Assembly: GCF_964355755.1 (NCBI RefSeq)
Contig: NC_092678.1
Location: forward strand, 17,749,365-17,813,364
Direction: 5' to 3'
Source: Antedon mediterranea
Taxonomy: Eukaryota; Animalia; Echinodermata
Length of the DNA: 64,000 nt
How positions within the stretch are numbered: the first letter of the stretch is position 1; every line of letters starts with the position of its first letter. Positions 14,682 to 28,720 of the stretch are shown in pieces. A model generated the notes under the pieces. It was given only the letters and a program-made list of their open reading frames with translations. It was not told where the DNA came from and ran no database searches. The position numbers and the translations under genes are program-made.

Positions 14682-14753
14682 AGTACTGTCAATGATGTCA
14701 AACCATCAAACACGTTTTCTGATATTGTAGTTATTTGGTTATCATACAACCAC
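14682..14753 (-). pseudogene. LRR exon (family A) with GT>TT donor mutation: WLYDNQITTISENVFDGLTSLTV(L)
   Basis: ttttcag acceptor, 72 nt open, donor reads ttgagt rather than gtgagt. Confidence 0.8.
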
Positions 14754-15521
14754 CTGAAAATCGTGAAAAAATGCATTAAATAAGTATATATACAGTACAA
14801 AAGGATAGTACGATAAAAAAAATGATTTTTTAAATTTCGAAATACAAACAAAATATAACAACACATATCTATATTGTGCCAACAGAGGCCATAGACGGCT
14901 TATATCTAATTAGGCGTGTCACTCCAGCAGTGAAACCATTAGGCCTACAAGGTATATACAAGGACATAATAATATTTGTCTAATGTTACTTTAGCTCGTA
15001 TTATCATTATTTGCATGTTTTAGCTGTTTTTCTTTAACAGCTTTTACATGATATAACTATGTTTTATCTGGATTTACTGTAATCATGTTGTAATTTCCAT
15101 ATCATATGATTTCTGGATGTAGATTAATATCTACGATACAATACAACCGTTAAATGACGATGATCCATGTATTCTGCTATATTTTTATTTTTCATTATGG
15201 CCGCCGATGTTGCTACAGTAACTGAATTAAATACCGTAATCGCATAAACAATGTCAAAATAGAAAAACTCAAAAAGAGCAAAAAGAAAGATATTACATTT
15301 GATCGTATTACGCATGAAACAGACATATTTCATTGAAGTATTAATTCCTAAAATAAAATAATTGTTTTTATAAGGCATAGAGTTAAACTGACGTTTTCAT
15401 GAGAGGAAGATATACAATATTTGTTTCTGGTGCACAATAAGCTTATTACAACACTATTACACTGAAGCATAAAGTTACACTTAACTGTGCCTTAACACCG
15501 TTTAACAGTTCACCTGATACA

Positions 15522-18500
15522 AAATTCTGATTTGTCCAAATTTCTTTTTAAAAAATCTGACAAATATAAACATGAAGAAATAAAAAGCATGCAATGTCAT
15601 TAATATACATCAGACTTATTATAATGACATCAATTTTCGATAATCATAAGGACGAGTTCTCGAATGATTCTCTCATTTGTGCCGATGGAATTGATATTTC
15701 CTAAGTTCACCTAACTACGGAGGAATAACGCTGTTCATGTACGTACCACACTACATTATATAACAGATGCCTCACATAATGACGTTTTCATGAGAGGAAG
15801 ATATATTACATTTGTTCCGTGTGAACAATAAGCTTATTACAACACTATTGCAAATCATATATGAAATGAAACAATATGTCATAGTTCACTACTGTAGTAA
15901 TGGATGGATAACGCAAACGTATACGTACCACCACACTATATAGATAACAAATGGCTCTTATAATGACGTTTTCTTAGAGGAAGATATAATAAATATTTGT
16001 TCCGCGTGCAAAATAAGCTTATAACACTATTGTAGATTATACGTGAATCGAAACAATTATGTCGAGTGTGCCTATTCCTTCTTGTTTTATTGTGGACAAC
16101 CGCATAGAGAAACTTTAACATTGAACGCCATACGTCTGGATTGTCTGTGATTTTAAACGATTGTCAATGCTATCTCGATATATGACAATTATTTCAATTT
16201 GGTAATACAGAATCTCAAATGTATCACATGTGGTTCTTGTATCATTAGGTTAAGAATAAACATTTAAAATAATTATATAATTTCTCATTTAATAAAACAT
16301 ACCAGTTATACAACAAACTACGTACAGGAGCTCGAGCTTATGTTAAAGTAGTACATATTTTTTATCATTTATATTAAGAATACATTAATCATAATGTTTA
16401 ATGATGCTGTATTATCGAATTTTAATGTTACTGGAGAAATCGAGATACAATACCGATAATCAGGTGTGTTAGACCAGAATACGTTACTCTGGCTTAAAAT
16501 GGAGGTCTTTGCTTTAACCACGTTCTGAAATGTGTCTGTAAGATTATGTTAGGCAAAAACAACACCTTGTATACCATAGCAGCCTGGTGTAGAGACCTAT
16601 ATATTGCCTACGCTAAATTCTTTCTTAAACTTGTTCCCACTTATACCTTCTAGAGGAATGTTATCCATAGATATAACCCTAATATACTGCTGATTGGATT
16701 CGTCATTTTATAATTGTAACACAATGTGTCATAAGAACTGTTCGTTATACCATGGTAGTATTTGCTACAGCATGTATAAGCTCTGAAAACTCCAAAATGA
16801 CCAATCCTGAGTTACAGCTACGACGGTGCTACAGTAACTGAATTAAATAGTCTTGTTCGCAAACAATGCCAAAAACTTAAAACGAGCAAAAAGAAGATAT
16901 TACATTTGAACGTATTAGGCCTATACATGAAACAGACATATTCCGTAGAAGTATTAATTAATAATTAATTCCTAAAATAAAATAATTGTTTTTTTGAGGC
17001 ATTGAGTTAAAATTACGTTTTCATGAGAGGAAGAAAATATAATATTTGTTCCTCGTGCAAAATAAGCTTATTACAACACTGTTGCAGATTATACGTGAAT
17101 CGGCGACGATTGTACGGAGGCCTGTCTATTTTTGTTTTCGTATCTAATTTTGGCTTTCAAAAATGGCAGCGCAAAGCAATCGCTATCCCTGGATCCGACC
17201 CGTCGTATTATTTTGATATACAATGATAGAGGTTCAGACGTTCTGTAGTATATTTAAATTGTATTATTTGTATGTTCCCTTTAAACTTCATCTTAATTTC
17301 AAATAGAAAACTATCAATAAAGTAATATTGTTTACTTAGAAGTGTGCCAATTATCCAGCATAGAAGAAAACAAAATCGGACAAAATTTAAACACATGTTA
17401 CCAGGTTTTTTTAAACATTATTAAAGCAAAGTGTGTTAATTATTGAGATGTAAAGCACATAGGCTGATTTTAGCATGATGAAGTGCAAATATGGAGGGAG
17501 GGGAAATATAAAATGTAGACACATATCACCTCACACGCAAGCTATTACTGACACAGTGTGAAGGCCGAAATCAAGAGACTAGTTGTTTGACGGGATGTTC
17601 CTGGTCCCCAATTATTGTGATCCCTTATTTTAGAACTTGAAAAGCAGAAAAAAGAGGAGAATGTGTAGGCCTATGTTTGTTTGTTGCCAGATGCCTATAA
17701 CGCTGGTTCAGATTTTAAGTTAAGTTTATCTTACTGACGGATAACGCTAATAATGTACCTACCACCACATTAGGTAACCGATGCGCCCCCATTATGACAC
17801 GTGCGAATAAAGAAAAATAATTGCTATTCAACCGGACGGAGGGATAGGTAACCGATGCCTCTCTTAATAACATTATTTTTTATTTAATAACATTTACTAA
17901 TAATGATAATAATAATTTGCTAAAACAAACGAATACAAGTAGGTCTATCATTACACACAATACAACTACATACAGGAGCTTGTGTTAAAATAAAGGTTTA
18001 GTGATCAATAAAAATCAAACAAAAACAGGCATATTATATTATTTTAGTTTTGGATGAATATTCTGTCTTTGCAAAAAGTAAAAATGAAATGATGTGACAA
18101 AAAGTGTAGTTACATTACAAAGAAAATATACTATTTTCAAAAGTATGATAAACAACAGAAAGCACTCACAGTTCTGTCAATGATGTCAAACCATCAAACA
18201 CGTTTTCTGATATTGTAGTTATTTTGTTACTGCCCAACCCTCTGGAAATCGTGAAAAAATGCATTAAATAAGTATATAAATACAGTACCAAAGGATAGTA
18301 CGGTAAAAAAAAATTATTTTTTAAATTTGTAAATACAAAAAAATATAACAACAAATATCTTATTGTGCAAACAGAGGCCAAAAAAAGCTTATGTCTATTA
18401 GGCGTGTCACTCCAGCAGTGAAAACATTACAGGGTAGGCCTATATACAAGGACATAAAAATGTTTGTTTAATGTTACTTTAGCTCGTATTATCATTAGTT

Positions 18501-19756
18501 GCATGTTTTAGCTGTTTTTCTTTAACTGCTTTTACATGATATAACTATGTTTTATCTAGATTTACTGTAAATATGTTGTAATTTCTTTAATATCTACGAT
18601 ACAATACAACCGTTAAATGACGATGATCCATGTATTCTGCTATGTTTTTATTTTTCATTATGGCCGCCGATATTGCTACAGTAACTGAATTAAATAGTCT
18701 TGAGTTCGCATAAACAATGTCAAAATAGAAAAAATCAAAAAGAGCAAAACGAAAGATATTACATTTGATCGTATTACACATGAAACAGACATATTCCGTA
18801 GAAGTATTAATTCCTACAATAAAATAATTGTTTTTATGAGGCATAGCGTTAAACTGACGTTTTCATGAGAGGAAGATATAAAATATTTGTTCCTCGTGCA
18901 CAATAAGCTTATTACAACACTATTACACTAAAGCATAAAGTTACACTTAACTGTGCCTTAACACCGTTTAATAGTTCAACCGATACAACATTCTGATTTG
19001 TCCAAATTTCTTTTTAAAAAAATCTGACAAATATAAACATGAAGAAATAAAAAGCAATGTCATTAATATACATCAGACTTAAGAATAATGACATCAATTT
19101 TCGATAATCATAAGGACGAGTTCTCGAATGATTCTCTCATTTGTGCCGATGGAATTGATATTTCCTAAGTTTACCTAACTACGAAGGAATAGATGCCTCA
19201 AATAATAACGTTTTCATGAGAGGAAGATATATAACATTTGTTCCCCGTCAACACTATTTCAAATCCCATGAATCGAAACAATATGTCGAGTGTGTCTATT
19301 CCTTCTTGTTCTTATTCCTCTTGAGAGGAAGATATATAACATTTGTTCCGCGTGCAAAATAAGCTTATAACACTATTGTAGATTATACGTGAATCGAAAC
19401 AATTATGTTGAGTGTGCCTATTCCTTCTTGTTTTACTGTGGACAACCGCATAGAGAAACTTTAACATTAACGCCATGCGTCTGGATTGTCTGTGATTTTA
19501 AACGATTGTCAATGCTATCTCGACATATGACAATTATTTCTATTTAGTAATACAGAATCTCAAATGTATCACATGTGGTTCTTGTATCATTAGGTTAAGA
19601 ATAAACATTTATAATAATTATATAATTTCTCATTTAATAAAACATACCAGTTATACAACAAACTACGTACAGGAGCTCGAGCTTGTGTTAAATTAGTACA
19701 TATTTTTTATCATTTATATTATGAATACATTAATCATAATGTTTAATGATGCTGTA
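15522..19756. repeat. Second copy of the 15521-offset duplication
   Basis: Matches 1-4235. Confidence 0.92.
18170..18241 (-). CDS. 72-nt LRR exon (family A), identical copy of 2649-2720
   Basis: Same sequence and splice sites at offset +15521. Confidence 0.86.
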
Positions 19757-20459
19757 TTATCGAATTTTAATGTTACTGGAAAAATCGAGATAGAATACCG
19801 ATAATCAGGTGTGTTAGACCAGAATACGTTACTCTGGCTAAAAATGGAGGTCTTTGCTTTAACCACGTTCTGAAATGTGTCTGTAAGATTATGTTAGGCA
19901 AAAACGATACCTTGTATGCCTTAGCAGCCTGGTCTAGAGACCTATGTATTGCCTTCGCTAAATCCTTTCTTAAACTTGTTCCCACTTATACCTTTTAGAG
20001 GAATGTTATCCATAGACATAACCCTAATATAGGCCTACTGCTGATTGGATTCGTCAATTTATAATTGTAACACAATGTGTCATAAGAACTGTTCGTTATA
20101 CCATGGTAGTATGTGGTGCAATTAATTAAAGAATTACATGATTTGTAAATATTTTACACAAAGTGCAACACAGTGTGACGTATTGTCTGCTACAATATCT
20201 AATGATTACACATTTTTAATAATTATGTAATTTCTCATTTAATAAACCACTTATAATAACAAATTACCGTATTAAACGTACAAATTAAAGTATAAAAACA
20301 ATAAGTATATACAGTACCAACGGAAATTACGATAAAAACGTATCTATTTTATTAATTTCAAAATACAAAGAAAAAGTAACAACAAAATATCTATATTGTG
20401 CCAACAGAGGCCAAAAAGGCTTATGTCCAATTAGGCGTGTTACTCTGACAGTGAAACAA

Positions 20460-20642
20460 TTAGTCACGTGGACGCGACTCTATCGTTCACTATGTCGGTC
20501 GGTCGGTCTGTCGGTCTGTCTGTCGGTCCGGTATCACAATGCGTTTTATCGCTTTTCTGTACTTTTTGAACTGTTTTGATGTACAGAAAAGTTTTAAAGT
20601 ACAATACTTTTTTGAAAGCGACTTATGGCTGTTGGCCTTGTT
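20460..20642 (+). mobile_element. Short HINE-like element family 2 with (GTCG/GTCT)n core
   Basis: 5' hairpin agtcacgtggacgcgact and 3' end gcgacttatggctgttggccttgtt. Same family at 60336 and 61967. Confidence 0.65.
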
Positions 20643-21937
20643 AATTAACTGTCTTTGCATGATTATAACAATGTTTTATCTAGATTGACTGTAATCATGT
20701 TGTACTTTCCATATCATATGATTTCTAGATGTAGATCAATATCTACGATACAATCTACGCCGATGGTGTTACAGTCTCTGAATTAAAGAGACAAAACAAT
20801 GCCAAAATAGAAAAACTCAAAAAGAGCAAAAAGAAAGATATTGAATTTGAACGTATTACACATGAAACAGACATATTTCATAGAAGTATTAATTCCTAAA
20901 ACAAAATAATTTTATGAGGCATAGAGTTAAACTGACATTTTCATGAGAGGAAGATATAGGCCTATACTATTTGTTCCACGTGCACAATAAGCTTATTACA
21001 AAACTATTTCAGATTATACGTGAATCGGTGAAGAGTCGGTGACAAACCGAACGGATCATCCAAGATTTCTGAAAAGTCTGGACAAGAGTGTTCTCTTTGC
21101 GCAGTATTATACGGAGGCGTGTCTATTTTTGTTTTCGTATCTAATTTTGGCTTTAAAAACATGTCAGCCCTAAGCAATCGCTACCCCTGGATCCGCCCCG
21201 TCAGAATATTTTTGATATACAATGATAGAGGTTCAGACGTTCTGTGGTACATTTAAATTGTATTATTTTTATGTTCCCTTTAAATTTCATCTTAATTTTA
21301 AATATAACAATATCAATTAAGTAATATTGTTTACTTATAAGTTTGCCAGTTATTCAGCACTGAAGAAAACAAAATCGGAAAAAATGTAAACACATGTGAC
21401 CACGTTTTTTTAACATTATTAAAGCTAAATGTGTTAATTAATGAGATGTAAAGCACATAGGCTGATTTTAGCACGAGGAAGTGAAAATATGGAAGGAGAG
21501 GAAAATATAAAATGTAGAGACACAGATATCACATAACAAGCAAGCTATTACTGACCCAATGTGAAGGCAGAAATCAAGACTTGTTTGATGTTCCTGCTCC
21601 CAAATTATTGTGGCAAAAATAGAAAAACTAATAGAAGAGCAAAAAGGAAGATATTACGCCTGAACGTAATATACATGGAACAGACAGATACCATACAAGT
21701 GTTCATTTATAAAGGGTCAAACTGTGCCTTGAAATAAACATAATTACTGAACCATGGCCGGTTGAATGACAACATTATTTCCATCATGTACAATTTTATA
21801 CGGAACAAACGAATTTGACAAAAACAAATATGACGAATATAAACACGAACAAAGGAAAACAATATACATCAGATTTATGAATAACGACGTTAATTTCCGA
21901 TAATTATAATTAATTAAATCTCAGTTTTATAGAAAGC

Positions 21938-22566
21938 AAACAAGGCCATATAGATGGCTGCAGTCGCGTGCTCAAGTTAGTGTTTACCAACCGACCGCCC
22001 AACCGACCGACCAACCGACCAACCGACCAACCGACCGAAATTGCTTAACACAATACAATACAATAAGAGTGTATATTAACATTTAACGCGCAATGTGTGT
22101 GCAAAAATCTGCGCACTCATGGCAATTTTTTTAACGATTAAAATTGCCTGAACGTACTCTTATATAATCGAAAATCAATTTTGACAATTTTGAAAATGTT
22201 AAGCGCGCGTACGCATGCGTTACATGCGCTACGCACGTAATTGTTTTGCCATGATGATTTATGCCCTGAAATTTATGAGTACCAACTTTTATTTAATTGT
22301 GATTCATGCTTGTAAAGGTATGATGACAAACGTGATTTCGTTAATTCGTGCGTAGACCGCGTAATTTTTGATTACGCACCGTGAAAACATAAAAACAAAG
22401 ATTCCTGGCCATAAGGAATATACTATGAAAACTTGACTTAGCTAGATGAAACTGATATCAAGACAAGGCCATATACAAGTTAGTGTTTACCGACCGACCG
22501 ACCGACCAACCAACCGACCAACCGACCAAGATAGGGAATTGTAGAGTCGCGTTGCACGCGACTAAA
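21938..22566 (-). mobile_element. HINE-like element(s) related to family 2, with (CCGA/CCAA)n tracts
   Basis: aacaaggcc...agtcgcgtgc at one end, agtcgcgttgcacgcgactaaaa hairpin at the other. Confidence 0.55.
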
Positions 22567-23640
22567 AACTTGAAAATAAAATAAAGTGTATACAATATGA
22601 TATAAACGTAGATCTCGAGTAAACATAGTAAAGTGCCGATGAAAATAAGATAAGTCCTAAGTTCACCTTACTACGGAGGGATAACAATATGCGTGTACGT
22701 ACCACCATACTAAATTAGATAACAGGTGCCTCTCATATTAAGGTTTTCATAGGAGGAAGATGTAATATTGTTTCGCGTGCGTACAATAAGCTTTTTACAA
22801 CACTATTGCACAGATTATACGTGAGTTTAATGTCGAGAATTCGTTCACGTGTAGAGAAACTGAAACATTCTTGAACAATCTTAAAAACTGTTGCGGCATC
22901 AAAACTTGACATAAAATTTGATAATTGTAAGGATGATTACCCAGAATGTGGTTAAAATCGTATTTTACAAAAATGTAACGTTAAGCAAAAGTTTAGACCT
23001 TCGGATTGAGGATAGAAAGCGAAATCAGTGTCTACAAAACAATATCGACACGGAAGCGACTGCAGTATTCATCGTATTCAAGCTAAGTACAGTACAACAA
23101 ATAATCACTACAGGTCAGCAGTTACATTTTACAATTGCGAAAAAAACTGATAACAAACAACAATGCAGAACAATATATTTTATTCCATAGCCTATGTAAA
23201 TACGTGGACGTGATTGGTTGAAACTGCATCACACTACCGCTGCGAGGATCGTACATCGTATATATCCTCGAGTACGATGATATTGACTGAGTAATTTTCG
23301 CATCCCTTTCATATGAAAATAATTTTTGTGTGGCAACACTCGCGTTTGGCGATAAATAAACAAACACTGAGATGACTTTTTATCACGAGACAACGGTTAA
23401 CCCGCTGCGCCACGCAACTTGCTTAAAGAAATTAATCAACTACACTATTTAAACTATGCATACATAACGCCCTAATTTATTATTAGCCCTCTCTAGACGC
23501 GATGAAAGACTGACCGTTTGTGATTGGTCAATACTCACGGTAGTAACCTGGTGGTACGCGCGGCGCGCTGAACATCTGGTGATTCGGCTCGAAGAAGACG
23601 AATTATTATTTATTCGGCCTAACTGATAATAATAATATTA

Positions 23641-26600
23641 TTATTGGTTATCCGCACTTGGCGGATAACCCCTTGTTATTGTCAGGATCTTTTTTTTTTT
23701 TTTTTCTTTTTTTTTTTTTTTCTATATTCTTCTTTCTTTCCACGAATTTTGTTGCAAGCATATCTCTAATTCTGGCTAACAAATGATTGTATAACTTTGT
23801 CATAAGATTTACCTATATCTGTAGATGTGCAAGAAACTTTGTTTTTTAGTTATCCGCATTTAGCGGATAACTCCTTGGAACTGTCCTGTGTCTTTTTTTT
23901 TTTTTTCATTATTGGTTATCCGCAACTTAGTTGCAGGATAACCCATGTGATTGTAAATATCTTTTTTTTTCATCATCTTTGTTCTTCTTTCTTTCCCTGA
24001 TTTTTGTGAGCAGCATATCCCCTATTGCTTGTGAATATATCTTTTGTATAACTTTGTCATTATATGGACATTTACCTGAAGTTGTGCACCTCCATATTTT
24101 GAATGACGTCAGAGTTGCGCAACGTGACTTACGCGCGATTTTATGAATTTCAATGATTGATCATAGGATAAAAAATAAAAGTCATTTTGTATTGACATTT
24201 GGTGAATATTTAAGTCATATCAAAGGCAAACTTTCTATGGATTAAAAATGGCATGTTTTACAAGAAGTTACGCGCGCACGCGCATTTGAAGTTTCAAAAT
24301 GCGCAAAATTAATTTCTAATCAACTTTCTACGCTGATCATGACATTTTAAGCATGTCAAAAATTCCCGCGCGCGCGGAAAAATTGACGCGTATGGTGCGC
24401 ACGGAGTACGAAAATCATGTTTTTTTCTCTTGAATTGTCATTTTCTAGCCTTTGCTAGTCATTTTAAAAAAGATTTACATCATTTCAAATTAAAATGACG
24501 TCATACGAACACGTTGATTTAGACAATTTGCGTGCGTTTTAGTTGCAAAAGTGACAAAATATTGTCAAAATTATGCCTACTTTGAATCTATTATAGCTCC
24601 TCAGGATCAACCGTTACCCCCAATTTTTTTAATTTAATATGTAAGCAGATATGTTGTAGATATGAATTCATGCAGAATCTTTACCCCTCGGATGTTATGA
24701 CGTCATCGTATGGCCACACGAATGTAAAATATTGGATTTTTGACTGTTTCGCTATTGCTCATTACATTAAATAGAGCGCATATTGCTTATACGTATTCCA
24801 TTTCCTCATATATTTTAATACTGTCTAGGTCCATCAACTATCTTTCGCATGAGTTAAAAATATTTTAATTTTTATGACGTCATCATGTCTAAAAATGTAA
24901 ATAACGTCGTTCACCTATTTTCATCTTTACAGTAAGTTTCAATCTGTTATAGCTCGTCAGAATAAAAAGTGATAATCATGATTAAAACGTTTTCTGGAAG
25001 CTATTGGATTGTAGATACAAATTCATGTGAATATTTTGCCAATCAGATGTTGTGACGTCATTATATGGGCAGTTGAATTCAAAAGGTCATATTTTCATCT
25101 CTTGCGTAAAAGTTCATTGCGTTTAAACGAGAGCGCATCTCTCTTTTACGTGCCCAGAATTCCTCAAATTTGTATTAATGTAATTATTTAGATAATTATC
25201 TTCTAAAATTGTTATCTTTATATGTCAATTTGATGACATCATCGTGTTAATAATTGGATTTAAAAGATGGTCTCGTAATTTCGTCTATACTACACTGTAT
25301 ATAACATATAACAGTGTATTCTATAATATGCTGTATGCTACATGGTACAATTCAGCACTGAAAACATGTTTAATTCATGTCATAGGATGGCATAATATTT
25401 GTCGAAGTTCATATAGTTTAAAGTATGTGCATGTTGCCTTTGCGCGGATAACCCGAACTCGTCAAAGTGACGAGTTCAAATCTAGTTCTTCAGTCTTTCT
25501 CCCTCACTTTTTGTGCAGAGCGTATCTCTAAAATGGGTAAACATAACATTTCATAACTTTGTCAACATATGGGCATTTACGTGAAGTTGTGCACCTCCTA
25601 TTTTTGAATGACGTCATAGTTACGCAACGTGACTTACGCGTGATTTTATGATTTTTTTAAATTGATCATAGATTTAAAACCAAGCGTAATTTTGTTTTTA
25701 CATTTTGTGAAAATTTTAGTCATATCAAGGGCAAACTGTTTGTGCACAAAAAATGGCATGTTTTACAAGAAGTTACGCGCGCACGCGCGTTTGAAATTTT
25801 AAAATGCGAAAAATTAATTTCTAATCAACTTTCTACGCGTTTCATGTCATTTTAAGCATGTAAAAAATTCCCACGCATGCGCAAATTTTTACGTGTGCGG
25901 TGCGCACGTAGCATTAAAAACATATATTTTTCGCGTAATTTATGTTTTTCCAGCCTTTTCTAGTAATTTTACCAACTTTTAAACAATTTCGACTTAAAGT
26001 TACGTCATACGAGCACGTCGAATTGGACAATTTGCGCACGTTTTTGATGAAAAAGTACAACAATTTGTCAAAATTATGCCTTTTTTTAAACAATCGTAAT
26101 TTCTAAACTACACGGTCAACTTTTTGTGGATAACATATTCTGGAAGTTGATGAGTTGTAGATATCGGATCATGTATTAATATGGCTAACCGGACATTTTA
26201 ACGTCATCGTATGGCCACACGAATATAAAATTGAGGATTTTTGTATCTTTCGTCATAGCTCATTACATTTAATAGAGCGCATCTCCACTTATACATTTTC
26301 CATTTTCACCCCGATTTTGATATTGTCTAGGTCAATCAACTATCTTTCGCATGAGTTAAAAATATTTTAATTGTTATGACGTCATCGTGCCTAAAAATTT
26401 AAATTACATGTGGCATTAATTTCATCTTTACAGTAAATTTTAATCTGTTATAGCTCGTAAGAATAAAATGTGATAATCACGATTAAACGTTTTCTGGAAG
26501 CGATTGGATTGTAGATACGAAATCATGTAAAAAAATTTCCAATCGGATGTTGTGACGTCATCATATGGCCAGTTAAATAAAAAAAGTCGTATTTTAATAT

Positions 26601-28032
26601 TTTGCGTCATAGTTCATCACATTTAAAAGGGTGCGCATCTATATTTTACGTATTCAAATTTCTTCTACACGTTAATATGTTGTTCCTAAGATAATTTCCT
26701 TCTGAAATTGCTATCGAAGTGTTTCATTTTGATACCGTCGCCATGTTAAAAATTTGAATAAATGGCGGGTCCCGTAATTTCACCTATTCTACACTGTATG
26801 TAATATGTATACAGATTATACTGTTTGCATGTATACTATATGACACAAAATTGACAGAATTCAGCACTAACAGCATATCATATTCTTCAGTTCTTGTCAT
26901 AATGCCATAATCTTTATCTGTGTGTGAAATATTCCAACGTATGACGTGCACGTGGCGTTTGTCGTTGTGCGGATAACTAACTCGTCAAAGTGACGAGTTT
27001 CATGTCTAGTTTATTTTCGAGTTGCGCAGCGTAAGTTACGCGCAATTTTATGAATTTCAATGATTGATCATAGATTAAAAACAAAAAGTCATTTTCTATT
27101 GAAACTTGGTGAAAATTTAAGTTATATCATGCGCAAACTTTCTATGGATTAAAAATGGCATGTTTTACATAAAGTTACGAGCGCACGCGCGTTCAAAATT
27201 TCAAAATGCGCAAAATTCATTTCTAATCAACTTTCTACGCGTTTCATGTCATTTTGAACATTTCAAGAATTCCCACGCGTGCGCAATTTTTTTTACGCGC
27301 GCGTGCGCACGTAAGGCAAAAACATGTTTTTTTTGGCTTGATTTTTGTTTTTTCAGCCTTCTCTAGTAATTTTACCAACTTTCAAACAATTTCGACTTAA
27401 AATCACGTCATACGAGCACGTAGAATTGAACAATTTGCGCGCGTTTTTGATGAAAAAGTTCAAAAATTCGTGAAAATTATGCCTTTTTTTAAAAAGTCAT
27501 AGATTCTAAACTCCGAGGTGACAATTTTTAAAATTTCAGATTCTGGAAGTAGATGAGTTGTAAATATCAAATCATGCATCAATATGGCTAACCGGACATT
27601 GTGACGTCATCGTATGACCACTCGAATATAAAATAAATGATTTTTGTCTCTTTCCTCGTAGCTCGTCACATTTAATATAGCGCATCTCCACTTATTTGTT
27701 TTCCATTTTCCCCCATTTTTTTATGTTGTCTAGCTCTATCAATTATCTTTCGGACGATTCACCATTTTCAAAATTGTGATGACGTCATCATGTTCAAAAG
27801 CGTCAATAACTTTGGTCACTTAATTTCACCTATTCTGCACTGTATGTAGTACGTGTACAGTATATAGTGTATACCGTATATACTCAGACGTGACGAAAAA
27901 TAGAGAGCACACTGAAATTGTTTCAATGACTTTATCGTTTTTCTGCGCGCAATATTTTAACGTATGACGTGCGCGTGGCCTTTGCGCTGCGGATAACCTA
28001 ACTCGTCCGTAGTGACGAGTTCAAATCTAGTT
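23641..28032 (+). mobile_element. Three nested HINE family-1 elements (23641-28032 > 23846-27011 > 23909-25487)
   Basis: Three 5' hairpins (gttatccgc..ggataac) and three 3' ends (gcggataac..aactcgtc..gacgagtt..tctagtt) in matched nested order. Confidence 0.75.
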
Positions 28033-28225
28033 ATTAATGTAGATTTATTGTTGGAAATTCTTCAGTTAATTTAAATGACCTAGGCCTAAGTGAATATTTT
28101 ATTGCCAAGGAATCATTAATTAGTAATTATCTGTATATTGCTCTTCGCAAGGTAACTAGGCAGGCTTATTACATACAGGTGGTCTAGCTATTCCCGACCC
28201 AGTAGATATTTTACTTGTTGTTGGC

Positions 28226-28397
28226 TATATAATATAACAGATATCGCCTTTTATATCGGCAAAATATAAGATTTGACATTCCCTCGGGAATGATATTTTG
28301 TTCGAGGGAATATATTCCCGAGGGGATGTCATTCCCGAGGGGATGTTAAATCTTATATTTAACCTCTAACCAGGCGAATATCTGTATTATATATTAT
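28226..28397. mobile_element. Palindromic MITE-like element
   Basis: Imperfect inverted arms aaatataagatttgacattccctcgggaat / attcccgaggggatgttaaatcttatattt. Confidence 0.55.
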
Positions 28398-28479
28398 GTC
28401 GTTAGACACGTGTGGCCAAGGATTACCAATAGTAAAATGAATCACTGTCCTATCAGATAGGTGGTGATTCCACTAATAC

Positions 28480-28720
28480 AGGGGCTATTTTGTGAACCAG
28501 TTCACCGGGGTAACTCCCTACTCGTCTTGAATGGTGAACTGGATTCTTTAAAGTACACACGGGTTATAACTATGTACACTGGACCTACGGTTTATAGTCC
28601 TTATCCGAGAAGACTTGTTCAACCACCAGACCTAGGAGCGAGTCGGCCTCGAACCATTGTTGATATTGTTGGCTCTTTCGCCATGGTAAACAGCTCCTCT
28701 GCATTAACCGCTCAGTTGAA
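28480..28720 (-). mobile_element. Probable tRNA-derived SINE remnant
   Basis: On the minus strand, A-box-like ctgagcggttaa (~28717) and B-box-like ggttcgaggcc (~28655). Confidence 0.4.

Noticed and set aside
19773-19985. Coding-looking block repeated at ~940, ~4280, ~16460, ~19780 and ~30070
   Set aside because: Paralogs carry stops and indels, there are no consistent splice sites, and I cannot assign a family.
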